NCBI GenBank assembly: GCA_905250025.1
Contig: CAJNOJ010000062.1
Span: 237,974-301,973 of the forward strand
DNA: 64,000 nucleotides
Reading direction: 5' to 3'
DNA from: Adineta ricciae
Lineage: Eukaryota
Under the pieces are notes generated by a model that ran no database searches, had not been told where the DNA came from, and saw only the letters and a list, made by a program, of their open reading frames with translations. A program made the translations under genes and the position numbers. The first letter of the stretch is position 1; each line of letters opens with the position of its first letter. This document shows, one piece after another, positions 27,566 through 42,000 of the stretch.

Positions 27566-28121
27566 TGTCGTTTTCACTGAAGATGAAAACGTATTTTGTT
27601 GTTGTTCTTATATAGATATCAGCTGTAGAGACAAGCAACCTCTTCATTGATAAATATGTACATTTTACAAGCCGATGGTAATTATATTATTATCGGAATA
27701 ACAAAGCTAGCTCACACTTTTTTAATCATCATCTATTGATCCAACACATGCAAATATATGTCAATGTATTAACATGATTATTTGATCGACAAAGACATCC
27801 GTTAACTTTTTCTTTCATTCGAATCGTAAGTGCAGAATGAGTAATTGATTATTATTTGTTCATCCTCACACCTCGCCAAATCCTTGGTATGATACACTCC
27901 AAGCGATTTTTCATTTGAATTCATGTCCTTATATTCGAATCGCGTAAGAAATTATGATCATTTGTAGATTGAAAGATCATTTCGACTTTATTTTCAAAAA
28001 CAGTTATAATCAAAACAAACGATATAACCTAAACAAAGTCTCGATGATTTCTTTTTTTTTCTTATTTCTTGTTCTTCTCAATAAGAAATGTGATCCGATG
28101 TTTATGTTGTAATTATTTCAT

Positions 28122-28838
28122 TTATTCACGTGGTACATCAACTTGGCCATTATCAATTTGGTTAATAATGTCATGTGGATGTGAACCTTCGACTTTACAG
28201 CCAACTGATTGAGCTGTGCCTAAATAAAACGAACCAAAGTAAACGAATCGATCAAGTCAGAAAACGTGCGTATACCAAGAATTTCTTTTACTGTTCCGTC
28301 GAATGTTTTGGCTAAGGATCGTACGCGCATAATTCGAGCGATTTTGTAGATTTCGTCGAGTGAAACATTACCGTCATGTTTAACTAAACAAGGAATCAAC
28401 TTCAGGGTTAATTCAAAGGAAAATTGAATGTTCGTACTATTTTTTTGTTTCTTTCGGTCACGTGGTGGTTCTTTAAGTGCTTTGATGACAAGCGATGATG
28501 CTGATGGAATGACATCAATCTTGGCATTACGATTTTGGACAGTTAACTTCACTGTAACACGCATGCCTTTCCAGTCACCTGTTGCTTTAGCGATATCATC
28601 ACCAACTTTTTTTGGTGACTAAATAAACAGAAGACATGAGATGCAAATGAACTGCGAACGTGACTTACGAGACCAAGAGGACCGATCTTTGGAGCTAATG
28701 ATGAGCCACCAGGTGCTTCACCTCCAGTAACACGGACCATTACTAAAGGTAAAGGATTGTAAGCATGGAAATAGATCAGTGAGAATCAGCAAGCGATTTA
28801 CTCTCGTATACGGCTGTTGGATCGAATTTTGGACCCAT
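28122..28838 (-). CDS. RPL12: 60S ribosomal protein L12 (uL11), 5 exons: 28802..28838, 28669..28742, 28438..28618, 28276..28383, 28122..28219
   Basis: The spliced 165-aa product [37 protein letters not shown]…[76 protein letters not shown] is collinear with eukaryotic RPL12. Introns are 55-59 nt. Confidence 0.9.
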
Positions 28839-29616
28839 GATACTTTTTTCGAGTGTTTAAAAATGAAAGATCTGCAAAGGAGAAATAATATTATTAGTAT
28901 TTACAAAACTTTCGTTGTTTCTTTCAAAATTGAATATCGATTTGTGATGAGGAACTACTATTTACCTCTAGTGTATGTATTTTATGGAATGCTTTACAGC
29001 GAATCATAATCTGCAAATGTCGATTTCAAGTAAAATATTTGTAGTTTATTTCCAAGTTTATCGATGATCTTTTCAAGTTTTTCTTTTTTCATATTTCAAA
29101 AAATAGGGTTGAGAGACTCTCTTAAATTTCGAATCCTGACATCTGATATAGATGTCGCTAGTTTATCACACCTGAAACTTCGATCTATTCGCTATACATT
29201 TTGCATGCGTCCTAAGAAGACGATAGGCAGGAAACGTGAAGGAAAATCTCCACTGGAGTTTACTTTTCATCACAAGGAAGAAAGTTGCCTTGGTTATATA
29301 TAAAGATCAACTCTTTGAATTAGGTATTATATACTGATGCATATACACGTGCAGCTAAAGCAATTCTTAGGAAAACAGCATGAAATGGATTAGCATTCTT
29401 TCGATCTCAATTATCGAACGACAAATTTTTCATCACGAATAGTCTGCAGGCAAAGTAAATCATAGGCACAAAATACTGAAATACATCAGAAGAAGGCAAC
29501 TAGTCCTATGATTAGATTTGTTCTCTTTGCTTATTTTGTACAACAGAAGCACAGCTGCTGTGTGCTGATATATGTCAAGTATTAATAAGGCTGCATGGAT
29601 GTTTGGGTGAACTGGA

Positions 29617-29904
29617 TTAAGGACGGGCAAAGACGGGGCGTGACAAAGAGGCTGAACGTTTAATTAAACAAACGTAATCAATTATGAAAGATACAATCGT
29701 GAAGAGCCATAATCCTTCACATGCTCGAGCTCTTCGAACGCAAAGAATGGACGGCTTATTCGAAGCTGAAACGATGTTTTGTAAGATGTTCCGATGATCT
29801 CTTTGCTTTACGTCGACTAATGAAGACAATTGCACAAAGTTGTCATTCAAATTCCAACTGAAGGTTTTCTCACTTCTTTCATATGACATCAGATGATAAA
29901 ACAA
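29617..29904 (-). CDS. Hypothetical 95-aa ORF
   Basis: Uninterrupted ORF with an ATG and no recognisable domain. Possibly a small organellar or ribosomal-type protein. Weak. Confidence 0.2.
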   Translation of the reverse strand: MFYHLMSYERSEKTFSWNLNDNFVQLSSLVDVKQRDHRNILQNIVSASNKPSILCVRRARACEGLWLFTIVSFIIDYVCLIKRSASLSRPVFARP

Positions 29905-30202
29905 GAAGGCCTTATATTTAATTACGTAGCTTGTTCATCATGAAAATTCATCATGCGAAGGGATACAAGAAATAATCAATTGGTTTAAGGTGAAAGTTTA
30001 TTTCAGTTATTTTTATCGGTACACTGCCTACAGAGTACTGAAATGAAGAAAGACGAGATATTAAGGAAATTAATTTTTTTTATTTGTCAATTATTTATTC
30101 ATTTCAGCGATACAAGAAAAGGCAGTAACTTTATTAATATTGAAGATCCTTTTGTTGTTCGAAGTACGTCTGTTTCTTCTTGCGTATGTCTTCAAGTAGT
30201 TT

Positions 30203-30760
30203 CTAACGCTTAAGATAAATCGAATTGACAATCTCATTCATCACTTCCATAGGTGGTTTATTTAGTTGTTTACGTTTTTTCAAAGTTTGGTGTCCTCCAG
30301 CATTATAAAACGATGATCGTTTGTTGAATGACACATCGGATGAACCATAGTCATCATCATCATCATCCGCATCTTGACTAAATTGTGTGAACCATTTTGG
30401 CACGATGACATCATTGACACGCGACATAAGAAACTGATTAGCATGCGTCCGTGGTTGTCCAAACCAGACGGATGATGATGGTGCAGAAATCTTTTGTTCC
30501 TGGACGGACGCTGAAGGTGATGACGATGCTGATGCCAATGAATCATACATAAATGCCTCGGAGTTCTCATTCATAGTATTGATTGATTGATGAGGAATTG
30601 ATGATGGTGTAGGTGAAGAGGAAACAGACGGTAAAATTGCAACGAAAAGAACAAATGTCGTACTAATCATCAAAAACTGTGAAAAAAAGGAATGCGAACC
30701 ATTTGAAAAAGGCCGTACGAGATTATATAAAAATGACTTGACGGAGGTTTTGTTTGCCAT
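30203..30760 (-). CDS. Hypothetical Ser-rich membrane-anchored/secreted protein (185 aa) with basic KR/KKRK sites; possible prepropeptide
   Basis: Single ORF with an N-terminal hydrophobic segment (ISTTFVLFVAILPSVSS), a Ser-rich region, an acidic DDDDDD run, and C-terminal dibasic sites (KKRK…KR). No homology recognised. Confidence 0.3.
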   Translation of the reverse strand: MANKTSVKSFLYNLVRPFSNGSHSFFSQFLMISTTFVLFVAILPSVSSSPTPSSIPHQSINTMNENSEAFMYDSLASASSSPSASVQEQKISAPSSSVWFGQPRTHANQFLMSRVNDVIVPKWFTQFSQDADDDDDDYGSSDVSFNKRSSFYNAGGHQTLKKRKQLNKPPMEVMNEIVNSIYLKR

Positions 30761-31704
30761 ATTGTAGATTGATTTTCTAACAGATTGAATAATTTAGAAA
30801 ATAATAGGACAGTTAGTTATCTAGAATAGAACGAAAGCGATTGTATAGTTCGTTTTACCGTGTCGTTCTATCTCTCTGTTCATTAGCTTGACAAGATTGT
30901 CAAGTTATTCCGAAGATTATTAAACATGATGGATAAGTATAATGCTTTTATATTATGAAAAAAAAAAGCTAAGTAGGCGGACAGATAATAGGAAAAAAAA
31001 CAATCTCTACCAATATGGCAACGACATTTAAACAAATCCAGACTTATGTTTATCGTATAATAAGATTGATTGAGTCGTTTTCGTTCGAGACAATCAACAA
31101 TACTGACGTGCACGACTTCTCTCGTCAACAATGTTATCTAACTGCATGGTTTTGTCAGAAAAGTAAATGTAATGATGAATCTGTTGAACATATAGTAAGA
31201 TGTGCAAGTAAAACGAGATGAAGAAGAAAATAAAATAGACTGTAAATCTTACCTACTCTGTATAAAAAGGACGTTAAATGGAAAAAGGAAAGAAAGGCAA
31301 GGAAAATTGTTTCTATCTGCAGTTATTTAATGAATGGGCAAGCACCTACATATATATATAGTGAAATTATATACGCTTCGTTGCCAGTCTTTTGTTTCAA
31401 ATGTTTAATATAATTTTAATATATGAAAAAAAAAGAAACAAACTAGATAAACATTACCGTACTTGCCTTTTCAAATGAACTTCTTGGTGTGATGAAGTTA
31501 AAGTAAAGAAGAAATTCTTCAATTTCACGTTAAGTACGACTAATTCATTGCATAACGGAAACGTTTCTTTTACATGCAACCGGTAATGAATTTCACCCAG
31601 TAAATGTTGTAGGATGATGACAAATACACGAATTATTTAAACATCACGTACTTATACGGAGTTTTTCTAGCCGTTCGAGAAATAGCTACAATCTTAATAG
31701 ACCC

Positions 31705-31730
31705 AGAGAGAGAGAGAGAGAGAAAGAGAA
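31705..31730. repeat. (GA)n microsatellite
   Basis: cagagagagagagagagagaaagagaag run. Confidence 0.8.
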
Positions 31731-32763
31731 GAGATTTTGATGTTCTTGACAATACCATGTTTCTACTTTTAGAACTATTTCAGAGAGAAAGAAAGTGAAG
31801 TCAAATCAATCAGATGATTTATAACAATTACCTGGCAATAAATTATTAATGGAAAAAATTATTATGTCAATATATATATATGAATATACGACAAATTGTA
31901 CTTGAGTTATGATTTTCAACGTAATGATTTGAAAACATGCGAGATTTCTAAGAACAAACTTTGTGTATTTTAGTTCGAAAAGAAGCATCAAATCGATTAA
32001 TTTACTTAACAGCAAAATCATAGTTTTTTTTTACATATGGTCTTTTTTTCTTTGAGTGGGTTGTATTTCGTCTGTTTTCTGCTATTCTTCGCGTGGATAC
32101 GCGTTCGATCGGAAGTCAGTTTTCCATTGACGTTGATATCAAATGATCAATTATGAAGTAACAATTTCTTGATTAAAGAAGACGTAAAACAGATCTTTCC
32201 TGAGTGTCATTTAAGGAATATTGAATTTCGGTAGACAACAAATATTGTTCACCAAGTAATCTTTACGATTTAATTAAAAGACAACCTTCAGCGCTAGAGC
32301 ATCCGGAAATTCAATGATAACTATATGAACTTGTTTCTATACTTTCTACGATGCAATTCACCACATCTACAATAAAAATTCAAGTAGAACGATAGGGATG
32401 TTCCCAAGTGAGCAAACGTCTTTCTTATTTAAGTTATAAAATGATTTGAAAAACTACGCACATTTCATTCTTAAATATAAAAACAGTAAATAAGTGAATT
32501 CTTGTAATTATGTGTAAGTGCTATTTGATGGATATATGATCAAATAGAGAGCACTTTCTGACTTCAAAAGAGCAGCTTCATCGTAATTAGAAAATCTATT
32601 GCTATTGACGTCAATCCGATTAGTTTCTCCGTGTTAAATAAAGTGGAAAGATTTTCAAGTCTATCATCAATGCAAATGTATTTATCAATCGTCCGCAAAT
32701 ATCATTCGTTGTGTATAAATAGAAAATATTCTCTCGAACGATTCGTTCTATACATTCATACTG

Positions 32764-34946
32764 ATGAAACTGATAAATCCGATTTTGTCTCGACATCATG
32801 TTGCACACATTCGTGCTTGGCTTAAATATAAATCAGATAATATCTTTGCCGCAGGACCTTTGGTTATCATTCCAACACTTGCATTAGTTTCCGTATGTCT
32901 TATACTACTCTTCTCATCATTGTATCTTTGGAGTGGAGAAGCTAATACATATTCACAATCATTATGGGAAACTTTTATGCGTACACTGGGTTAGAAGACG
33001 TTGTTGAAATTGAAACTGAGCATGCATAAGAACGTTCGTTTAGATCCGGGCTCGGCAGCTGAAGATACAGGTGGATTTCGTCGGTTTATTTCGGCGGCAG
33101 TGACAATGTGTGGTATTTTTATCATATCGACTTTAATTGGTGCATTGACAACAGGTATGGAGGGTAAATTAGCTGAGTTACGCAAAGGACGTACTCAAGT
33201 CATTGAAACGAACCATACAAGTAGGTCAATGCAATGTTCAAAAGCTCTTCTCTTCCGTCTTTGTTCTAGTTATACTTGGCTGGTCAGCAAAGATCTTCGA
33301 CATCATCAACGAACTAATCATTGCTAATGAGAATCAATCGAATCCATCGATTGTCATTCTAGCGTTAAAAGATCGAATTGAAATGCAGGAAATCATCTCA
33401 CAGAAAATCGATCGTAAGCATCACAATACACGAATTATCTGTCGAAATGGTGATCCGATGTGCATTCACGATCTGAACATTTTGTCACCAAACCAGGCTC
33501 GATCGATAATTATCCTCGCGCCGATGAATGACAATCCCGATGTGAGTGTGATCAAAACAATCCTAGCTATTACAAACAACCCACAGCGAACCAAATGCAA
33601 ATTTCATATCGTTGCAGAAATTAGAAAACGGAGTAATATTGAAGTGGCACGAATTGCAGGTAAAAGGTATGATCGGATACGACGACTTTGAGAAAAGCTA
33701 TTCTGTTAAGGTGCGGATGAAGTTGTTTTCGTACATGCTGATGAGATCATTGCGAGAATTATAGCACAAAGTGGACGGCAATCCGGCTTATCGATTATTC
33801 TATCAATGCTGCTTTCATTTAATTACAGTGAAATTTATTTTAAATTCGAACCGCTACTAGTTGGCAAAACGTTTCGCGAAATTCTATTTCTTTATCGGAC
33901 GAGTACCATTATTGGCATCATGTTCGCTGATGAAACAATCAAAATCTGTCCGTCACTGGATACAATCATTCAAGAAAATGATCAAATTATTGTTATTGCC
34001 GAAGATGATGATGCCATCCTCATACAAAGAAGTCCTTCTTTGCCTCACCCTTCAATTTCTGCCTTAGTTGAACAGGATGTTTTCATAGAACCATCTGATT
34101 CTATCAAACAAACTACTATTGAAAAGAATATCATTCTCGGCTGGAATTCCAAAGCGTCATTAATCGCCAAACAACTTGACAATTACGTATCTGCAGGAAG
34201 CGAATTACATATCTTAACAAACCTTGACAAAGCAACCAAGATCATTAGCGAACAGCTAGTCAATGAGCTGCAACAACAGAAGATCTACCTTCACTCGGGT
34301 GAAACAACTAGTCGAACTGATTTAGAAAAACTTAATCTGTAAATAAAACGAAGGTGATGGGGTAAACATGTCAGGATTATTCGTTATTTTTAGATATAAT
34401 TATCATGATGTTATTCTTCTTGCAAATGATATTAGCAATGAACGGAATCAACTCGACATGCCATCATCAGAAGCAGCCGATGCCGAATGCTTAATCTGTC
34501 TATTACATCTACGAAATATAATTGACAAAAATCCTCGACAGAAAACTTTCAGTATTGTTACAGAAATGTTCGATGTACGAAACCGTGAACTAGCTGAAAT
34601 CACACGTGCTGATGATTTCATTGTCAGTCCAAATATTCTCTCGAAGTACATCGCGCAAATAAGTGAAAATAAGAATTTAACGAAAGTCTTCGACGTTTTA
34701 CTGACAGCAGAAGGAGCAGAAATTTATCTTCGACCTGCTTGCTCATTTACAAAATTAGGTATTCCGGTGTCATTCAGTCGAATACTCCAAGCGTCAATCA
34801 AACAGCAAACGTTAGCCATCGGTTACCGACAAACAAAATATGCCCAAGATCCTAACAAATTCTATGGAATCGTCCTCAATCCTGATAAAGACATGTCCAT
34901 TATCTTCCGACAAGAGGATAAAATCATTGTCCTAGCAGAAGAATAA
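32764..34946 (+). CDS. CASTOR/POLLUX/DMI1-like ion channel (2-TM pore plus tandem RCK/Castor_Poll_mid-like domains, ~657 aa from this ATG), 5 exons: 32764..32989, 33044..33220, 33270..33659, 33711..34338, 34394..34946
   Basis: A TM helix, pore segment SLWETFMRTLDPGSAAEDTGG and inner helix, followed by LRKGRTQVIETNHTLILGWSAKIFDIINELIIANENQ…RIICRNGDPMCIHDLNILSPNQARSIIILAP…DQIIVIAEDDDAI…NIILGWNSKASLIAKQL…ELHIL…HDVILLANDIS…LAIGYRQ…DKIIVLAEE. This is collinear with the plant DMI1/CASTOR C-terminal region. All junctions are in phase and match the ORF-track frames. Additional 5' exons, with more TM helices, may lie in 32040..32760. Confidence 0.8.
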
Positions 34947-35685
34947 CTTCTGTCCTTCACACAACGCTTCCTGCTTACACTCTCTTTTCCAATAAACTAA
35001 CACCTAATAGAAAGTCAAGTGACATACCTGCCGAGTCTACCAATTGTTGTCCAGGCTAGCCAAATGTCAGAAGAAGAGAGATACATGTTTGTCTCAGATT
35101 ACTTCTAAAGATGACATACATCTGATCAAACACGGATCTGAGTTTTTCCTTCTTTTATATACTAGTCCTCCTGCATACATGCGAGATTACTCGATTGCAT
35201 GCGAGATTAATTGATCATCAACTATATGGCTTTTCATCTTTGATGAATTATTCAAATGAATTCATGTGCAAAACAACATTGAATTCAAGTACCGAATGTA
35301 TTCTTTTATGTTTATTGAAACTAATCAGCGTGGGTATGCGGAATACAGAATACCTAAATTGTTCGCATTTTTCTATGAATATTATTTATTTAGTTTCCGA
35401 AGATGAGTCTTGTGATCCTCGAAGCAAGCCATAACTGAGTGAGTGGATGGTTTTTTTTCTCTTGAAGCACTACGTATAACAAGAATTAATATAAAGAAAA
35501 TGAAAAAAAAAGAATCACAAAGATATTTTATTAAACCATTAATTTGAAATTTCAACGCTATAGACTTACTGTTAGCAGACATTGAGAAAGAAAAACAAAC
35601 AGAGAAACCAACAAACAGAGACGTTTTGCTAATTGAGAAGAGAAAGAAGGAGAAAAAAAAATCAAAGAAAACAAAACCGATTTGA

Positions 35686-37755
35686 TTACGATTGGATATC
35701 TTGTGTTTGTCGTTGTTCATTTAATAATTTATTTAATTCTTCCATGATTTTCCAATTACGTTGTCGCAATTGATCATTTTGAGCTTTCATATCATTTAGT
35801 TCATCTTGCAGTTTGATCAGGGATTTATTTGATTGATTCTTCATCAATTGATCGTACTTTGCTTTGATTTGTTCACATTGATGAATTTGACTTCTTAAAT
35901 CTTCACAATTTTTTTTCAATTCATCACGTTGCTCGACGATTTCTTCGATCTTCGTATTGGAAGTCTTTTCAAGTTCGGAATGTTTTTGACGAAGATTGGT
36001 TAGTTCTTTATCTAATTTGCGATATTTATTTATGTCAGCGATCATTTGTTCAAGTCGTTCTTGTTTCTGTGAATCAGCTAAAAGCATGAATCACTTGCGA
36101 AAGTACATATAATACCGTTCAAATGATTACCTTTCTTATAGATCTCAGCGGCATGTTTACTCGCACGTTCATTTTCAGCAACTTCATTTTGTAAAGCAGT
36201 GTTTTTGATCGTCATCTGACGAATTTTTTCCGTTAGAATATGCTGTTGTTGTTTCATATCGTTGATTGCTGCAGGAAGCATGGAATAAGCATGCAATTGC
36301 TGCTGTAATCGAGCATTTTCATCGGCTAAGCGTTGTATTTGCATTTGATACGATAAAATCATTTGTTGATATTGGACGACGTTTGTCGGTTGTTGTTGAA
36401 GTTGCCGAATGGTATTTTCCATTTCGCCGTTCGATTTCGTCAATTCGAAAACACGAGTCTTCTCTGTTTGCAATTCAATTGCGAGAATTTTTGCTTGACT
36501 ACGATATGTTTCGTCAAGGATACGTTCGAGTGTTTTCTCAGACTTTGTTACTGACAATAGACGTTGAATATCAGCTTTCGTCGAGTTGTGTCTAGAAGCG
36601 ATTTTGGTTAGAATTAAATCGAGTTCATCGGATGAAAATGCTGCTGTATCAAGAATTGACATTAGTTCATCGAGAACGCCATGAGATGCAGTTAAGGAAC
36701 GAACTAAATCAAGTCTTTGAAGAGATGATTCAGATCCGACCGACGTCGAATATATCGGACTTAAGGAATTACTAGCACCAGGTAACGGTGAATCTAAAGA
36801 GAAATATCATAAAATAGGTAAACGAAACAAGTTGTGTTCATGCAACTCGTCGATTATATCGATGAATATCCTTGACGAACGAGTGCATAAAATAATCTGT
36901 GTTCTATCTTTCGCGACCATCGAATATTTAGAACAAAAAGCGAAGATAGCTTTAACTAAGATTTTTACCTGTTACTACATCAGATTCGGATGAATAATCA
37001 TGATTCATTGATGATTCCTGCTGATGTTGATGTTGCTGCGGTTCGCAAGGATAGACGTATGCACTTGTTTGTTGATTATTTACATATTGTGGTACTTGCT
37101 GTTCTTGCTGATCCATTTGTTGAGGTGATGAAGGAACGAATTCATTAGGTCGTGCTGCTGAACCAGGTGGCAGAGAGCTCCTTTTCGAAGGAACTCTACC
37201 CTGTCGTTTGCGGAATTTCTGTGCGCTCAACTCGGCTTCTTTCTGTTGTCGTTGTTGTTGAAATCTTGGCGGCAGAGGATTGAATGCTGAATATGTGTAG
37301 AGATTGTAGGGTATCGGTGAATATCCATTCGTTTTTAAATGATTATCTTGTGAAGGTTTCGAATGTTGTGTCGATGATGGCGTTTGCTTAACGGGTGCAA
37401 CACTCGCTTGAGGTTTTATTGGAACAACTGATTCTTCTTTTCCTGATGGTGTAGTAGATGGTTTATCAGATAATTTTTGTTTACTACGTTGTTTAACAAA
37501 TGTCATCGGTTGTTGTTCGTCTTCGACGTGTATGGCAGTGTTCTCGGATTGTTGAACATTTGTGAAATCTTTTTCTCGAGATTCACTATCCGATTGTTCC
37601 ACCATGGATTCCTGTTCTTTGTCATTTACTGCTTCAGTGGCTGAAACGTCTTTTTCTCGTTCTTGTTGAACATGATTTTCGTCTGTTTTCGTTTCTTGTT
37701 TTTTTCGATTTGCATTTCTTCCGTTTTTTCGGCGATTTTTCGCATTACGATCCAT
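35686..37755 (-). CDS. Coiled-coil protein with a basic/low-complexity N-terminus (~613 aa), 3 exons: 36969..37755, 36131..36793, 35686..36077
   Basis: The three minus ORFs (267, 194 and 133 aa) join in phase through a GTAAAA donor and ctctttag acceptor, then a GTAATC donor and cttttag acceptor. The C-terminal ~350 aa are heptad-rich (LQQQ…, LEQMIADINKYRKLDKELTNLRQKHSELEK…). No specific family recognised. Confidence 0.6.
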
Positions 37756-39012
37756 TTCGTGGAATCACTGTTACTAATTAAAACTCGTTAATTAACCTAA
37801 AAAAGAAACAAATATGATCGTATTTCTTACTAGTACATCCTACTATAATCACTACGTCCATCGAGAAACCAGCTGACTATGTGACTGTCATCGCTTTTGT
37901 CTTTATCTATAACGATAAACACGCATATAAAATATCATGCTTTGATCGATGTCTTTTTATTTACAGTGTGCTCAACTGTGACGACAAAGAAAAAAAGAAG
38001 CGAAAATGAAGAGAGAAGGAAAGAAAACTTGAACGAATACAGAAGAAAATATATCTACCCACGCTTACGAAATTATGAAGTAAGAGAGATGAGAGTAATG
38101 AATGCGTAACAGCAAACGTGCGACGTTGCGTTATAAAAGTGAGAAAAAAAAAGGCAGTGACATGTACATATTTTTAGGTAGGCGAAAGAAAGAAAGAAAG
38201 AAAAACGATAATCATGAAGGAAGTACAGGGAAAGCGAAATGAGATTGTTAACTCTTGAACCAACCGTTTCTTTTCGTTTGTTTACATAAGTTTTAAATAA
38301 AAAATGAAACAAGGAACTGATCGAACTAGAATAAACAACGGCATTCGAACTGAAGCATTGTGAAGCGCACAAAGACTCAGCGAATTCGATTAACGAATAC
38401 TTCATGATCAGATAAAAGTTTTCTCTGTATTTTTCCAATTCGAACAACATGCTAGTATTTGCTTCTTCTTGCATCTGTAAGATATTACAAAGAAACGATT
38501 GTCTACTATTGTCAAGGTATGGTAGAACAATAATCCCGTTTGAATTAGTAACAATTTCTTCCTGTCTGGCAGGCTGTAAATTTCATCGATTTAAAATGTG
38601 CCTTTCAATGTCGGTGAAAGGTTGTCATGTCAAATGTGGCTTTTGTTTTTCTCAGTGCTTTTCCTTTTATTCGTTCGAACCATAATTGCAAAAACGTTTT
38701 GTTTCCTTTAATCATCACACACATATACTTGCCAGATTTCATTGTAACACGAAAAACAAATAATTCAGATATATCGAATCCTTGAAAATGGAAAAAAAAC
38801 AAGCACAAAACAATAAGAGAGAAAAATAGAAGCATGGAGAACATTCAAAAAAAACACATTCGAAATTAATTTTATGAGAACTTATCTGTAAAAAAACAAA
38901 CGTAAGAAAAACTTTGTTAACGACTTTATTTAAACACAAAAAATACGTTTCTTTGTTTTTGTATATATATATGTCAATGTCGTCAAACAAAAGATGGAAC
39001 AAAAAATGATGA

Positions 39013-42000
39013 TTAAACTCCATAATGAATTTGAAGACGTTGTTTTAATGGTACAGGAAATCGGTCTGTTAGTTGTTTCCATTGCTCAACCCCGAATTCT
39101 TGTTTGAATGAATGCAGAATATCGCGAAATTTTGCATGCAGCTCCATCGGAGGCTTTTCCCACGATGCAATCGCATCACACACATATATAAAATCATTAG
39201 TAACACCTAATGGATTTAACACAATCATATTACATATACCACGGAAAGCAGAATCTTTTTCATCATTATCACGTATGTTACGCAAGGCTACACACCACGG
39301 ACGTATGAAGCGTGCTAGTTGAGATGAAACGTCAGTTGGACAGACCAGACCTAAACGTCCAATGGTGATTGCGGTGTTTTCTAGAAGAGTTTTCGGCGTA
39401 TTGTTTCGATTGACGATCATGATCAATGATTCGAGAATAACCGATACAAATGGCTGAATTTCAGCGCCGATTTGTATGGCTATTTCGCCGATCGCCCATA
39501 TTGCATTGTTACATACGCTAACATGATGGGGATTCAGATTTTGAGTTAATAATGGAAGAAAAAAGTTTAAGTGTTTTCGAACGTGATGAAAGCAAGCTTT
39601 TGTTAAATCACCTAGTAATGCAAAGGAACTTTGACGAACTTCAGCCATAGGATCTTGAGCACAACGTTCGAGTAATGAGAGAAGGTTCGATTGTTCAACA
39701 AGCGAATCAATATTTGAACCTAAGCAAAGAAAATTTGTCGATTTTAATCTTGAACGAAGAAATTATATATACCAAGTCCTTCTGCTAAACCTGACAGCAG
39801 ATCCAGTGCAACAATCATAAAGTCTTTATCTAATTGAGAGTCTGTTCCGTTTGCTTCTAATGTTTGTTGAACTAAAACAATGCATCGAACAAAAACCGGT
39901 TCACAATACGGGAAGAATCCTGTTTGTAATGCGGTTGCGATTGATGAAAGGCATTCGAGTAAAGGAAAAAGATCTTTATCATCGTTTCTCAAAGCATTCC
40001 AACGGTCAATCAATGGCGGCATGAGTAATTGAATGTAATCTGGACGATTCAAATGTGTGCCAACGCTATCCGCCAACGTGCCGATCGCATCGTAGAGAAT
40101 TAGCAAGTTTTTCGCTTGATATTTACGGAAAGCGTGTACCAAGGTTTCGAGAATTTGTTTCAAGTAAGGAACCATCTGTACGCATGCTTCTTCTTCTAAT
40201 GTCGCAAATGCACTGCAAGCAGCTTCTTGAACCTAGAAAGTCGATTGAGTGAGTTAATTGTGACGGATGGAAACAAACGCCTACTTTTTTATTAGCATCT
40301 AGAATGCGTTTTAACAATTCAGACATTAATGGAATAAGGAATTTGTTTTGTTCAACTTCGTTATGCACAACCCATGTTGAATATCTTGACAATGTCCAAC
40401 ATGTAATTGAACGAACTAATGGCTTCTTATCGTTCAGACATTTGATTAGATAATCGACTAGGTCAGGTAAATGTGGAGTTAGACCGTACGTGCAACCTTC
40501 AGCGATAGCACCTAACACAAGTATGCCACTTTCTTTGATTTGCCAATCGCTATGAAATAACATTTCACGTAGTATTGGCAACAGAATAGGTAGAATGGTT
40601 TCACGAAAGACATTTGAAAGGATATCTAATGCAGCTGCTGAACATTTACGTAGATTCCATTCAGTTGCCTGGTCAGTACTGACGCCTAAAGATAGAGAGG
40701 CAAAGTTTTCTATTAGATAGGATGTATATTCAAATCGAACCTGATTCATCGTCGTCGTCATCATCTTCGTCATCATCGTGTTGCAGGTGTTGATCCGTTT
40801 GACTGTTGGCTGGCGTTGAATTGTTATTTGTGTCGGTTGCGTTATTCGGTTGACTAGTTCCATCATTGTCATCCAATAAATTCGGTGCATGCTGTCGCGT
40901 ACGTGCTCGATGGAATCGCGGACGAATATCTTCGATTCGGTCGGGTATGTGTTCATCTTCATCAATATCACCTTGTAGAATAATCACATCTATTTCTGAA
41001 TATTTCATGTTTTTACAAAGAATAGGCAAGAGTTTATCCAGGTATGGCTGCAGAACATCTCGACAGATAGGTTGATCAGCAATCATCAGCCAAAATTCGC
41101 ATGCTTCTAGCGCAACAGTATCGTCTGCATCTTGGGATGTAAGCAGCATGTATTCGATAATTTGTTGCATATGTGGAATTAACCGCTCGATGCGAACTTC
41201 GATTAACATAACCAATGCTCGACAAACATGCTTCCGTACGTCCGAATCCGTATCGTTAGCTAGTTGAAAGAGGTTTTCAAGAAATAGATCAATGTTTGAC
41301 ATTAAAGCAGTTGCACGTGGTGTAATAAATTCGTTGACACAGCTAGAACGAAAAAAAACGTCCAGATTAGTGCTGTTTTGCTTTCCATTCTCTAATGAAA
41401 ATTCGTGAACTCCTTGGTGAATTAAGATCTTTACTGAAAAATTTCCCTAGTGACACTTTTTCTTTGTGAACTATCAGTACATAAAAGCCTTACGCAATGG
41501 CATGTGATCGAATTTTCGGATGTGAATGAAGGAAGAATTGAATAAACTTTGGTATGAGAACATTCAATGGCTGTGATGGAGCATTTTCCAATTGATCGGC
41601 ACTGTCTTCGCACACTTTCTGCAATGCTCCAAATGCGCCTTCACATAGATTAACATCTGGTGAATCCAGACATGAATAGAGATGTTCCAATAGTGTTGGC
41701 CATTGTTCCAGTGAACCTTTCGTCACAATAGTTGTGATCAGTATGCCAACAGTTGCACGAATCAATGGTGAACGGTCTCCTAATGCTGATATACATTCTT
41801 GTTTGATGTACGATCGAACATCGTCGGGAAATTTCTCGTAGTGTGATTTGGCATTATTCTTTAGAATTAAGCCCGACAATGATCGAGTGGCTTCTTGTTC
41901 GTCGAGTAACTTGGTTAAGATATAAACCAGATATTTGTTAAAATCAGGGTATTGATTTAGTGACTCTAGACGTGCTTGAACTTGTCGTTGTATTTGTGTA

